A stretch of 63,723 bases of DNA, the filler included, from Folioceros fuciformis (taxonomy: Eukaryota): NCBI GenBank assembly GCA_049999805.1. It is 23 parts of 23 records of this genome, joined end to end, with 100 filler letters (N's around TTAATTAATTAA, not from the genome) between each part and the next. Parts side by side here need not be neighbours in the genome. Positions count along the whole stretch, not along the records: positions 11,466 to 12,681 come from JBNGIO010002756.1; positions 12,782 to 14,367 come from JBNGIO010002757.1; positions 14,468 to 17,468 come from JBNGIO010002758.1; positions 17,569 to 19,738 come from JBNGIO010002760.1; positions 19,839 to 24,430 come from JBNGIO010002761.1; 18 more parts are not named here. The stretch is one strand, 5' to 3'. Made by a program: the position numbers and the translations under genes. Within the stretch, counting starts at the first letter, position 1. Each line of letters starts with the position of its first letter. Below, piece after piece: positions 12,169-24,530 of this stretch. The notes beneath the pieces were generated by a model. It was not told the DNA's origin. It saw nothing but the letters and a program-made list of their open reading frames with translations, and did no database searches.

Positions 12169-12533
12169 TGTCAAAGACGATTTTTATTTTTATTTTGCGA
12201 AGAAAATAATTCTAATTATGAGTGGAAGACTCCTCCCACTTACGATACAAAGGAAAACCCTGCTAACATATGTACAAAAATCGAGTACCAAAAGAGGGAG
12301 GGAGGGGAACTAGCCTTGAGCCCAAAACTCAAGACAAGGAGTGTTGAGAGCGCTCCCCTATCTGATGGTACCCGCGAATTGCCAAAGCCACTGATACATC
12401 CACCTCCAAGCCTCTCACAGACCCTAAATACTCACCTTCCCCATGGGCATGAGTGATTCCAGCGATCTTTCCCAGGTAATAGGAGGCCCGCCGTCCTCCA
12501 ATCTTTTCGCTTCGCTTCTCCCACTTGTCCTTG

Positions 12534-12681
12534 TGTGGAGGCAAAACCCCGGGCACCGATCGCCAACGGGTTCCACCTTTAGTGGCCACACTTATCCCAC
12601 TGTCGTTGAGACATTGGGTTTCGTTCCCACGAAGGAGCGATGGGGTTCCTTGCTGCTGTGGATGGAGGGTCGGACTTGATC
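12534..12681 (-). mobile_element. Element terminus type A, reverse orientation
   Basis: TGTGGAGGCAAAACCCCGGG...; reverse complement of 53340-53487. Confidence 0.9.
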
Positions 12682-12978
12682 NNNNNNNNNNNNNNNNNNN
12701 NNNNNNNNNNNNNNNNNNNNNNNNNTTAATTAATTAANNNNNNNNNNNNNNNNNNNNNNNNNNNNNNNNNNNNNNNNNNNNCTATAGTGTTTTTAGATAC
12801 AATTTTTGGAACATAAGGCAGTAATCCTTGCGCATTTTCCTGATTTGCTGTCACAGCAAATTCAGAAGAAATGCTCAAGGACAACTACCTAATCTGCAAG
12901 AAAAGTATTAGAAATATAATTATAGAAAAGGAAAAAGTTTAAAGAAAGCATTTAACAACATAGAACTTGGTCTAATGA

Positions 12979-13698
12979 ATGGCCAATCGCCTCGATGGGC
13001 GCCAGTGGCAGCCTCGCCCTGCAGAGAGAATTCAACATCAGAATCTCAACAAGAGGCAAGGAGCACAGGCAGCAATAGCAAAGCATCTTCATCCACAAGT
13101 TACTGAATGGATTGCTCATGCACAAAATCAACTTGTGCTTGCTTTGGATGTAAGAGAATCTTTTAATACCTTGATTGAAGTTCTCTTCCCAGATCAGCGC
13201 CATCTGGTACTGGCTCTTCCACCTAGGAACCCAGACAATCTCCCAGAGGTGCGTGTTCAGAGAGTCTTTGATGGTAATGGCGTACAAAGAGGTTTTCTAA
13301 CAACACACGTTGCACCTGCTACAAGTGTATCTCAATTAGTAAATAGAATTGAGGCACATCAAGCATATGTTGATACACGTTTCAACAATATTCTACGCAA
13401 TGTTTCTGCAACTAGTGTGGATGTAAGAGACTTGCAAGAACAGATAGGGCATCTAGATTTTAAACTTCTTACCTTGTTGAAACCTGCTTTACTTGCTAAT
13501 CCAGCACATAGGGGAGTAGCCTGTAAGCATGTTAAGAAAACAAGTAAGAAACATTTGTTTGGTGTTCCAAACTTTTGCCCTTCCTACTCAGTGTATGCAT
13601 TTAATAAATGGGAGATTAGAAACCAAAGAATAGCAAATAGAATTAGAGAACAAGGGTCTGTAGAAGACAGACCTGCTAATGCTGTCAACATTCTTTGA
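12979..13698 (+). CDS. ORF0 copy 2 upstream of copia gag
   Basis: 239-aa intact ORF colinear with 38-718; ends 113 nt before the gag ATG at 13812. Confidence 0.8.
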   Translation: MANRLDGRQWQPRPAERIQHQNLNKRQGAQAAIAKHLHPQVTEWIAHAQNQLVLALDVRESFNTLIEVLFPDQRHLVLALPPRNPDNLPEVRVQRVFDGNGVQRGFLTTHVAPATSVSQLVNRIEAHQAYVDTRFNNILRNVSATSVDVRDLQEQIGHLDFKLLTLLKPALLANPAHRGVACKHVKKTSKKHLFGVPNFCPSYSVYAFNKWEIRNQRIANRIREQGSVEDRPANAVNIL

Positions 13699-13811
13699 CC
13701 TTGCTGACCTGATAGCATGAGTCTGAAGCTCTGAGTCTTAAAGCCCTCCAACAGCCACTTTAGAATCTTAGTGTCTTGGGAGTAGCTAACCCAAAGCACA
13801 AAAGATGAAAA

Positions 13812-14367
13812 ATGGCTGATGCCTCATCAAGTTTGGGTGGGGAAGGGTTTAAGGAGAAAGACAGATTTGGTGGGCAAGATTACGACATATGGGTAATCCG
13901 CATGAAAGGAGCCTTACAGAACAAGAAACTCTGGAAGGTGGTTGCTGGGGAAGAGAATTCCCTAGTAGTCTCAACTCCGCCCACAGCAGTTGAAAGAAAA
14001 TTGCAGGATGCATGGGATTCAAAAGACGAAGCCGCCATGTTTCTGATTCGGAGCGGTCTTACCTCAGAAATGCTGAGACATACGTAAGGATGTTCAACTT
14101 CAGCAGAAATCTAGTCTAGCTTCAAGACCTGTATGCAGGCAACAATCACTCAAGTCGGTTGACAGCCTTGCACTGCAACTTTGCAAGATGAGAGATGGTG
14201 AATCAATAGAGAAACATCTTGGACATTTCAGAGCACTTGTTTCAAAACTGGAAAGTGCTTCAAATGAGACTATCAAGGATGATATGCTTGCCCTTTACTT
14301 CCTCTTGTCACTCCCGGAGTCCTGGTCACATTTTGTGACCTCCTTCAATGCTTCTAGACTCCAAACT
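13812..14367 (+). mobile_element. Copia gag 5' part, disrupted (same family as 832-5282)
   Basis: FKEKDRFGGQDYDIWVIRMKGALQNKKLWKVV; LPESWSHFVTSFNAS. Confidence 0.92.
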
Positions 14368-14467
14368 NNNNNNNNNNNNNNNNNNNNNNNNNNNNNNNNN
14401 NNNNNNNNNNNTTAATTAATTAANNNNNNNNNNNNNNNNNNNNNNNNNNNNNNNNNNNNNNNNNNNN

Positions 14468-14726
14468 CATACCCCACTCACCTACCTACAGACCTGGTCC
14501 TTAATGTTCTTAATGACCCGAGAGGCAAGGAGGCACTCGCTCATTCCTCCTCCTGGTCCTGGTCTTCAGTACACCCCAAACCCCAAAGCCCAAGAGGGAC
14601 TTTGGGCATAAACGCCCTGTTCTTATTTACCTACTAAGCCGATTCGCATGTCCCTTCACAAAAAAAATCACAACCTGCTCATTCCGTCGCTCAAAATGGG
14701 GGTTCCGAAAGTTTTTTTCGTTCACA
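14468..14726 (-). mobile_element. Element terminus type C (TGTGAACGAAAAAAACTTTCGG on minus strand), abutting the ORF of another copy
   Basis: Homologous to about 36975-37212; homology ends exactly at ...GTTCACA. Confidence 0.85.
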
Positions 14727-17468
14727 CAAGCCCAGGAAGAGGATGGTGCCACAAAACAAGACTCCTGGCAAGAGGAAAAGGACCAAAGGACAAAGTGTGA
14801 GCATGGGGGCTGATTAGGAGGAAGGGGGGACAGCCCTGGAGCAGACGGGTCAGCAGGAGGCAGAACGAGAACCAGCTGTCCAGGGAATCAAGGACCGAAG
14901 GTTGGAAGAGCAAGGTCAGGGTGAGACAAGACCCGAGGAACCACTGGATCAGGTGATGGTAGCCGACACAATTTCCTCCAGACAGGAGGATAAGTTAGGG
15001 CACGTTTCAGCACAGGAGGGTTCCTCAAGGTGGAAGGACATTTTCAAGTGCAGGCCTCAGAGAGACAGGTTGTAGGTGGGGGACCTGGACAAGTTGCGAG
15101 AATTCCTGGGAAGATAAATCACGGCAAGAGGAATGGGCGCCGGAGGGGTGCAGGAGGTGGACCTACCCGGGCTTACTGCTGCGATAGTGCAGGCCCAAGC
15201 AGACCTCCTGGATTAGGCTGCTAGGGCCCTGACCTGGTTAAGTGTACAGGCGGTGCGAGAGGCCGAGGCTTGGGGAAAGGAGGAGAAGGCTCGTGAGCGA
15301 GAGGCTAAAGCAAGGAGCCAACTAGTGGAGTCGGAGACGGCGTGGCAACTGCTGAAGGAGAAGCAGCAGGTCCTGGACGGGGAGAAGGCTCAAGCCGAGG
15401 AAGAGGCGCGTGAGGCGAGGGCTAAAGTGCAAGCGCTGAAAGAGCAACAGGGGACCCTGCTAGCTCAGGTGAGGGAGGCTCACGAGACTAACCTGGAGAT
15501 GCAACAGGAAATGGTCAGGGCACAGGAGATAGCCGCTGTAGAGCAGGCTCAGAAGTTGGCTGACAGATACAAGCGCGAGCAGGATGAGGGTGAAGGGGAA
15601 GAGCAAGGCTGGGTGTCCGAGTCAGTCGGCGACCCCGGTAGCAGAAGGGGCTATCGGTAGCCGAACCAGGGGAACGGTAGTCGAGGGGACTACCGGTAGT
15701 CCATGGGACTACCAAATAGTCCACGGGACTACCGGATAGTCCACGGGACTACGGATAGTCGGGTAGCCGACGGGGCTACCGGTGGCCCAGCAAGGCCTAG
15801 GATAGCTAAAGAACCAACCCTGGAAACGAAGGAGGAAGCAGTAGGGGTGCCTACCCCTAGGCGCTCCAAGAGGGTGACCCGTACTAGGAGGATAGAGCCG
15901 GAGGAGGCAACAGCTGGGCAGGCAGAGAACCTTCAGGTACCCCAGCGGGAGGGGGAGCATGCAACCCGAGGTAGCCCAAGGGAGGATGGGGTAAGCACCT
16001 CTGTTATGACAAAAGGTCGGATTGTGCTGCAGTATGAGGAGGAGGCCTCCTATGTGCCAGGCCTGTATGTAGAAGGGGCCAGGGTTCTGAAGCTGTTTCT
16101 GTATGTACGTATGGGCACAAGAGGGACACGGGGCTACGGCCTACAGTTGAGGACGCGCCTGGGACTCTACCACTACAAATGGTGGGTGACAGGACTGCCC
16201 CACTGCTATGCGGAGGCAGTTCTGGAGGAACTGACGGAAGAGGAGGCCTAGCGCTGGGTAGAACGGGGGCCTGTGGCTGTCCTCAACAACCAGAGAAGGA
16301 GGAGGAGTGGTGGACCACAGCGGCGGGACCCACTTGCGCCACCAGCCAGGTCCAGCAGTAGCAACATTGATGTGGAGATCCTCTGGGAGGATCTGTCGGA
16401 CCAACGGAGGGGCAGAAGAGCGAGAGGAGGAGCAGCAAGGGGTGACGCGCGAAGGCCAGTAGCAAGCCGCCTGCGGCATGGGAAAGGGCGATAGTAAATG
16501 CAGGCTAGAATAGGATTTGTTTAGCGTGCTTTATTTGGACCTAAGTCACTCAGAATTTAAGAGCGCAGCTCCCCTGCCTGACAAACTTTATGGCGGAAAA
16601 AAACCGCCATCACCGTGTACAAGAGGCCAGTTTGGAGGCCTAAGAAATCAGCAAGAACCAGCCGAACAGTCGACCTTGCAGGGACCTAGCGATGGCCATT
16701 GCTGGACAGGAGGTCCAGGCAAGCGAGCGCACGTAGCAACCAGGGGTGCGGGTGTAGGTGGTGGGCGCTCCGTGATTAGGTCCGGGGACGAATCGGGAGG
16801 AGGAGCCTCGCCGAGTGGGAGAGAAGCTCCCCAGCTATCCTCGAGGTGGTCACGTGGGGTGGTGCAGGAGTCGGAGCCGAATTCGCGAGTGCGGAGTGGA
16901 AGGGACTCCTCTTCCCTTAGCCCTATACCTCACCATTCCTCAACGTTAATAGGAGCCCAGGAGGGGGCATCGCTGAGAAAGAAGACTGAAGAACCAGAGA
17001 AAGGAGAGCGCGGGAGTGCGCGTGTGAGAGAAGGAGGAGGAGCGAGTGGCCGAGTAGTGGGTAAGAGCGAATGCGAAAAGGAAGCTAGAAGGAGTGGAGC
17101 AGAGTGGAAGTGATTTGACGACTGTTAAGACGGGCAGAATGTATACAGAGAACTGGCGAGTGGGGTAAGAGAGAACAAAGCCGGGGAAACCCCGAAGAAG
17201 AGGTGGATAATGTGTGTGAGGTGCAACGAGACGTGGTGTGTATGTGTGATTGGTCGCGATAAGACTGGAGAGGTTGTGAAGAAGCTGAATTGAGGCCGCA
17301 GGGGTTGTATCTAAGGTGTGAGATCACGCGGGAGGAAGGCGTCCAACAGATTGCTGCTGTTCATGTGTGCGTGCGCTTCTTTCTGAGGTGAGTGAGGCGG
17401 TTTTGTGGTGAACCAAGGAAGGGAAGCGCAAAAGGGGATGCGCGGGCAGGAGGTAATCAGCCGGGTAG
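14727..17468 (+). mobile_element. ORF-bearing TG..CA element: 3' half of the ORF (stop at 16494) and conserved downstream non-coding region
   Basis: Homologous to 29657-30807, 55220-56360, 58954-59340 and 62340-63570; coiled coil EKLREF...ADRYKRE; C-terminal LQYEEE.SYVPGLYVEGARVLKLFLY domain. Confidence 0.85.
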
Positions 17469-17568
17469 NNNNNNNNNNNNNNNNNNNNNNNNNNNNNNNN
17501 NNNNNNNNNNNNTTAATTAATTAANNNNNNNNNNNNNNNNNNNNNNNNNNNNNNNNNNNNNNNNNNNN

Positions 17569-19738
17569 AACTATCACAATGCAACACTGGCAACTCAACC
17601 TTGATCTCCAAATCTCCCACTAAACGAGCAAGCCACATGGCTTCCTTGCAAGCCTCAGTCGCTGCAACATACTCGGCCTCTATGGTAGATAGCGTTCTGC
17701 ACGACTGCAAACGAGATCTCCATGAGACTGCCCCTCCAGTGCACATGAAGACATAACCTGATGTGGACCTCCTTTTGTCAATATCCCGTGCATAATTAGC
17801 ATCCGTATATCCCATGACAGATGCATCTTGACTACCAAAACATAAGCACAAAGCTTTTGTACTATTCAAGTACCTCATAACTCCTTTCACTGCCTCCCAA
17901 TGCTTCTTGCCAGGGTTTGACATAAACCTGCTAACCACCCCCACTGCAAAAGCAATGTCAGGACGTGTAGCAATCATTGCATACATCAAACTCCCTATAA
18001 CTGATGAGTATGGAACCTTCTCCATGTCAGCTTTATCCTCCGTAGAGCTTGGGCAATCCTTGCTCGATAGTTTCACATATGGAGGCAACAGAGTACTCAA
18101 TACCTTCCCCTTCTCCATATTGAAACGTTGAAGCACCTTGTTAATGTATTCAATATGAGACAAGTAAAGCAAATGCTTCTGTCTTTCTCGACAAATGCGC
18201 ATGCCAAGAATATGGCTTGCCTCTCCCAAGTCTGTCATGTCCAAACGACCATTCAACTTTGACTTCAATGCTGAAATCTCATTACTGTTAGTCCCAGCAA
18301 TTAGCATCTCATCTACATAGAGGACCAGAATGAGCAAGCTTCCATTCTTAGCTTGCTTTGTATAGAGGCAATGATCCTCATCGCCTCGTTTGTAGCCTTG
18401 AGAAAGCATAAATGAGTGGAACTTGAAATACCACTCCCTGGGTGCCTGCTTCAAACCATAACGGCTTTTCTTTAACCTGCACACCAAATTCTCTTTGCCC
18501 TTCTCAATGAAACCCTTTGATTGCTGCATGTATACCTCTTCTTGAAGATCACCATGTAGAAATGCCGACTTCACATCCATTTGGACAAGTTCCATGTCGT
18601 ACCTCGCAACCATACTAAGAACACATCGCAAGGTGGTCATTTTGACAACTGGTGAGAAAATCTCATCAAAGTCAATACCTTGCTGTTGCTTAAAACCCTT
18701 AGCAACCAATCGCGCCTTGTACTTGGGTTTGCCATAATGGGGTATGTCCTTCATCTTACACACCTATTTGCATGGCAACGCCTTCTTGCCCCTAGGCAAC
18801 CGAACCAACTCCCAAGTTTGGTTCTTATGGAGCGATTCCATCTGCGACTGCATCGCCTTCTCCCACTTGTCCTTGCTAGTCACTGACATGGCCTCTTGAT
18901 AACAAGAGGGCTCCCCACAATCCGTCAGCATGACTTTATCAAGAGATGCAACATACTTGTAAGGAGGACGTGAGATCCTTCCTGACCTACGAAGCACAAA
19001 CACCTCGACAGGAGTTGGTTGCACTCTTTCCTCTTCTACAAGTGGAGGAACTTGTTCCTGCACATCATGACATTCAACCTGCGTAGGACGGTCAAGTCCA
19101 TCTTCTTGGAAGACCACCCGTCGCACCTCCACAGTTGGAGTAGGCTTCTTGTGCATCTTGGTCTCATTGAAGAACACGTCATTGTTGCGAACCATCTTCT
19201 TGGCTTGTGGATCCCATAGATGATATCCCATCTCACCAGATTCACCATAGCCAAGAAAAATACATTTTTTGGACTTGGGTGCCAACTTATCCCGAAACTC
19301 CTTCGGAACATGGTAGTATGCCTCGCAGCCAAACACTCGTAGATGCATGTATGACGGCTTCTTTCCACATCTCCTCTGGAACCTGTTCATCCACAACCCT
19401 ATTAGGAGATCTGTTAATAAGATGCATTGCCGTAACCACGGCTTCTGCCCAAAATCCGTTAGGCAATCCAGAGTTTGACAACAAACTGCGCATCCTTTTC
19501 TAGATGGTCTTGTTCATCCGTTCAGCCACACCATTTTGGGGAGGAGTATACGGCGCAGTCAATTCTCTCTTGATTCCCTTGGAATCACAGAATGAATGGA
19601 AAGCCTTCGAGACATACTCTCCCCCATTGTCTGTCCTTAGACATTTCAGTCGCAGGCCAGACTGATTCTCCACAAGGGTGACAAACTTCTAAAACACTGT
19701 CAGAACATCATCCTTTTTCCTCAAAGGATAAACCCACA
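17569..19738 (-). mobile_element. Ty1/copia pol (INT-RT-RNaseH), Tnt1/Tork-like
   Basis: LRTDNGGEY, KSKKCIFLGYG, YKARLVAKGF, LYVDEML, GGAVSWRSRLQ, EAEYVAA. Confidence 0.95.
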
Positions 19739-19838
19739 NNNNNNNNNNNNNNNNNNNNNNNNNNNNNNNNNNNNNNNNNNNNTTAATTAATTAANNNNNN
19801 NNNNNNNNNNNNNNNNNNNNNNNNNNNNNNNNNNNNNN

Positions 19839-20768
19839 GGACATCAGCGCCGCGACAATTGGATTGCTTAGCCACAGGCTGTAGCGATAGGATCTCCTGC
19901 GCTGTGGAGGTGGAGGAAGAAATCAACCGCGGAGATGGGGAAGCGGGGTAACGAGGCAGGGACGGGGAGGGCAAATCTAGCAGCGGGACTGCGGATTGAG
20001 GAGGAGATCAGGATAGGGCAGGAGGGGAACGAGACAAGAAATCAATGGGAAGAAGAAGAAGACAGGCCTGGCCCTGCATCGGCCGAATCCTCCACCTCGC
20101 CTCAACCTCCTCTTGTGCACACATTCAGTCCCATCACCGGCGATCCCTCCTACCTGCAATGTGAATCCAAAGAAGCGGGACAAAGAGATGGAGAGGGAAG
20201 AGGAAGAAGAAGAAGAAGAAGAAGAAGAAGAGGGGGCAAGAGGAAAATGAAGGAGGAAGGGAGAAAGGGAGGGAGGAATGGGAGCGGCCGCAGCCCCTGC
20301 CCAAGCTAGGGCACGGCCTCCATGGCCGTTCAGGCCAGCCAGGCAATCAACCAGCTTGACGTTAGACCCTGACCCCTAGTACTGACGAACCCCACATATT
20401 CCAGTTCCTATGTTCAAATCATTATTTCATTATTTAAATTTATTCTATTATTATTTAATCATTTAATACTATATCTCTCTAATTAGTAAAAAACCAATCA
20501 CCAGACCTAAACTCAAACTTTCCCAACTCTATGGTCCAATACCGGACCTAAACTTTCCCAGTTATGGGACCAAACCTATACTCACTCTTATAACCGACCC
20601 AACTATTTTCTGGTCAATTAACCTAATTAGCACAAAGAAAAATAGGAAAAAAGACTAGAAAATAAAGGAAAATTAGGGAAAATAATTAGAAAAAGAAAAC
20701 CAAAACATACCACTATTAACCCTTTTTCAACCAAAACAAACCACTCCCCCAAACTTTGGAGGTTCATA
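19839..20768 (+). mobile_element. LTR-like terminal segment (terminus type E, ...CTTTGGAGGTTCATA) inserted into copia
   Basis: 20695-20768 is the reverse complement of 52838-52911 (TGTGAACCTCCAAAG); 20480-20620 is homologous to 28830-28960. Confidence 0.7.
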
Positions 20769-22956
20769 GCAACATACTCTAAAGGGTTTAGCCAATGCAA
20801 GGCAGGAGGTAGTTTTATGGCATGCCATGCTAGGCCACGTTAATAGGTCTAAGCTCATAGACATGTTTGTAACAGAATGTCACAAGGAGCCACTTCAAAT
20901 TGTTTTAAGGACTTACCTGTTTATGAGTCTTGTATCTTGGCCAAGCAGAGAGTGTCTCCTTTCCCAAATACCCTTGCACACAAGACCACACAAGTCTTAG
21001 AATTGGTACATGCCGATATATCAGGGAAGATCCATGAGCCTTCCTTAGGAGGTTCAAAATACTTCTTTACCCTAACTGATGATTATAGCCAATATACCTG
21101 GACCTTTCCCATGCGTTTGAAAAGTGAAACTTTCAATTTCTTCAAAGAGTGGCTATTAACTGCTCAATGACAATCTAGGATGCCACTTAAAATACTAAGG
21201 ACAGACAATGGTTCAGAATTTATAAACTCATCTTTTGACGAATTGCTCTCAAGAGCATGAGCTCGAGTTACGACGGTCCTCCCAACATTACCCTCCACCA
21301 TCTGAATGGGCAGAACCACCCTATCAATCCATTGATTTTGGGACTAACGTGGTTGTTAGCCCCACCATTCCAGATGAGCCCACTACACTGTCTAAGGCCT
21401 TCGATGGACCTAAATCAATGCAATGGAAAGTTGCAGTGGAAGACGAGTACCAATCTTTGGTAAAGAATAAGACCTGGATTCTATCTGACTTACCACCTAA
21501 TCGAAAGGCGATATCCTGCAAATGGGTCTTCAAATTAAAGTTGAACGCCAAGGGGGAGGTAGCCAGATTCAAGGCTCATCTTGTAGCATGAGGCTTCACA
21601 CAAGTCGAAGGTCTGGATTATCAGGAGACTTTCTCCCCAGTTGTACGCACACAATCCATAACGATACTCTTGGCATTTGCCACAGAGCACAACCTAGACC
21701 TTCAACAGATGGACGTCTGTACAGCCTATCTTTATGGTGCATTGAATGAAGAACTATATATGCTGCAGCCAAAAGGTTATACGGATGAGAAATATCCACA
21801 AAAGATCATGAAGCTACAGAAATGCATCTATGGATTAAAATAGAGTGGGAGAGTCTAGTACCTGACGATGCATGAGTATCTGCTTAGTATCAATTTCGTC
21901 CAGAGTACAGTTGACACCAACGTCTACAAGCTTACGATTGATTTCTTTAGCGTGGTTCTTGCACTTTATGTGGATGATGTTATCTTAGCAACAAATGACC
22001 AACATCTCTTGTCAGACGTCAAAAGCAAACTAAGCAACAAATTTGAAATGAAAGATATAGGCAAATTGAAATTCTGCCTAGGTATCCAACTACTTAGGGT
22101 TAGGTCAGAAGGACTAATGTTTATTCATCAATACAAATATATCAATGAGATGCTCAGGAAATTCAACCTGGATCAAGCTCGCCTTGCTATTACTCCTTTC
22201 GCAGTGGGGACCAAGCTCACACGTGAGCAATGCGTTCCCAGTGCTAAAGAGATAGAAGACATGCGTGATGTTCCATATACATGTGCAGTCGGCAGCCTCC
22301 TTTTCGTGGCTAACTGGACACGACCTCACATCCAATACTCGATTAGTACTGTGTCTTAGTTTTTGGAGAAACCTGGTCGTCCACACTAGACAGTAATGAA
22401 ACGAATTTTTCGTTATCTGAAAGGCACACTCACCATAGGGCTTGTATACAAAAGGAGTGGAACATTGAAACTCACCTTGACAGGGTTTACAGACGCTGAT
22501 TGGGCCTCTGATCATGATTCCCGACGCAGCCTATCCACCTACTGTTTCCTCCTTGCGTCTGCAGCTGTTAATTGGAGTTGTAAGAAAGAGACCTCCATAG
22601 CCCTCAGTTCCACTGAAGCCGAGTACAAGTCCTTGACAGAGGCCTCTAAGGAAGCTGAGTGGGAAAGAAGTTTCCTTAGTGATCTAGATTAGAAACAACA
22701 CCAACCTACACAACAGCCCTGCGATAACCAGTTAGCCCTTGAATTAGTAGCCAACCCTAAATTCCATGCTCAGACCAAGCATATAGAGATCCATCATCAC
22801 TATATACGCGATGTGGTCGAGCGAGAAGTAATCAAAGTCGGTTACGTGAAAACCGAAGACAACACTGCTGATATCTTAACAAAAGGTCTATTTAAGTAGA
22901 AGCACTATGCCCACATGGAAGGAATAGGGCTAGAGGATTTTTCCGCCTATTTCTAG
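20769..22956 (+). mobile_element. Degenerate Ty1/copia pol with internal deletion in integrase
   Basis: [52 protein letters not shown]; integrase jumps to the pre-RT region near 21255. Confidence 0.93.
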
Positions 22957-23842
22957 CAGTAAGGACTTATCTGGCTGTCTGAGAGAGGGAGACAGATGGA
23001 ACAAGCAAAAACTTGCGCCCTCACTCCACACTAAGGACTCTCTCCATTATACAGCCAGGAACCCTTCCTGTATAATCAGGACCACACAAAAGTTATCTCG
23101 TGAGCATACACAAGGCCAAAGCAGGTGGATGAAGCTCTCTTGACAGATCAAATCACCTTGCTGCTGGCTCAGTACTCCCCTTCCTCACTTGGCATCACAT
23201 CCTTCACTTCCTCCAGCAGTTTGATGGTCTTCTTTAGCTCCATGATGAGGTTTTTTTTCTCCTTTTCTCCCTTACAGTCGTCGTGGAGATTGGGGCGTGA
23301 TCCGCCTTTCTTGACTTTCCCCACGATTATTTTGAGGCTCGACTCTACGTGATAAGGCCCCAAGTGGATGTAGTGTCCCCAGGCGTGCTTTGCATCCCAC
23401 TCCCAACCTCTGGCAGCAGTCTCCCTCTTTCTTCCTCAGTGACGGGCGCAGGAGATTTTGGTGGATTGTCCATTGTCTCTAGCTTGGGTGACCCCACCTT
23501 CTTCCTGTTCCTCTTCGACGCCCCTCATCGAAGGTAAGCCCTCTTGCTTCTCGTCTGCATAATCGCAAGACTGAATAGATTTAAGAAAACGAAGAACAGC
23601 AGCTGAATCACCGCAATCATGGAGGCGAGGTGGGTTGCCATCTCAGCGCCTTCTGCTTTATCCTTGAGAGCAAGCCTTGGAGCGTAAATACCCCCTATAC
23701 AACCGGCAATCCTCGAGCGTGTAGCCACCACCTTCTATTTCGCGGATGATTCGTGGCGGCGAGGGTTTTATCACATCATGACTATGATTCCTTCATGGGG
23801 AGTCGTCTCCATGATGCCACATGATTATCCATATGTTTAGTT

Positions 23843-24087
23843 TAAGGGGGGGTGTTACGATAAGCGCTTATCCTAGTTAAACCTAAACATAACGTCACAT
23901 ATATAGTGGTCGTTCGAGTTAGGATTAAAACGCAAAAGGACACAAAGATATCGTATTTAAGACATTTTTGTACATCATTGTTAATTAATCAAATCACAAG
24001 AGTTAGAAGTAGACTCTTATGCTCTCACTCGAGAATTTACACCTTTTTAGGAGCGTTGGTAGAACTAGCATTTTACAAAATCTAACA
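23843..24087 (+). mobile_element. PPT and probable 3' LTR of the preceding copia
   Basis: TAAGGGGGGG followed by TGTTA at 23853; candidate TAACA end at 24087. Confidence 0.6.
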
Positions 24088-24530
24088 TTGTTATTGAATT
24101 TTTAAAAAATCTAACTTATCTTCAAATTGGGTTCTAAAGAGGGGTGAAAAACAAGATGAGTTAGATTTGAGCCAAATTTTGAGCCATTTTCCCATAATCT
24201 TACTCATCTTCAAATACAACCTAATTACAAAATCTACTAGAAACATTTTCATAAAATTTGGATCGTCTTGAAAAAGTGGAGTTTGTCTCTACTTCATATA
24301 AAACCTTGTAATATATATTATTTTTTCATCTTCATCTTCACCTCAATCTCTCACCTCTCAACCATCTTTCCCTCCTTGTTGTCTTGATTGCTATTATCTT
24401 TGCTTTAGTTAGACCAACAAGCAATTATTTNNNNNNNNNNNNNNNNNNNNNNNNNNNNNNNNNNNNNNNNNNNNTTAATTAATTAANNNNNNNNNNNNNN
24501 NNNNNNNNNNNNNNNNNNNNNNNNNNNNNN

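Noticed and set aside
12513-12533. 18-nt match to copia KDKWEK coding sequence next to a type A terminus
   Set aside because: Similarity does not extend; cannot be distinguished from chance
19935-20309. Arg/Glu-rich ORF
   Set aside because: Produced by GAA/GA low-complexity LTR sequence
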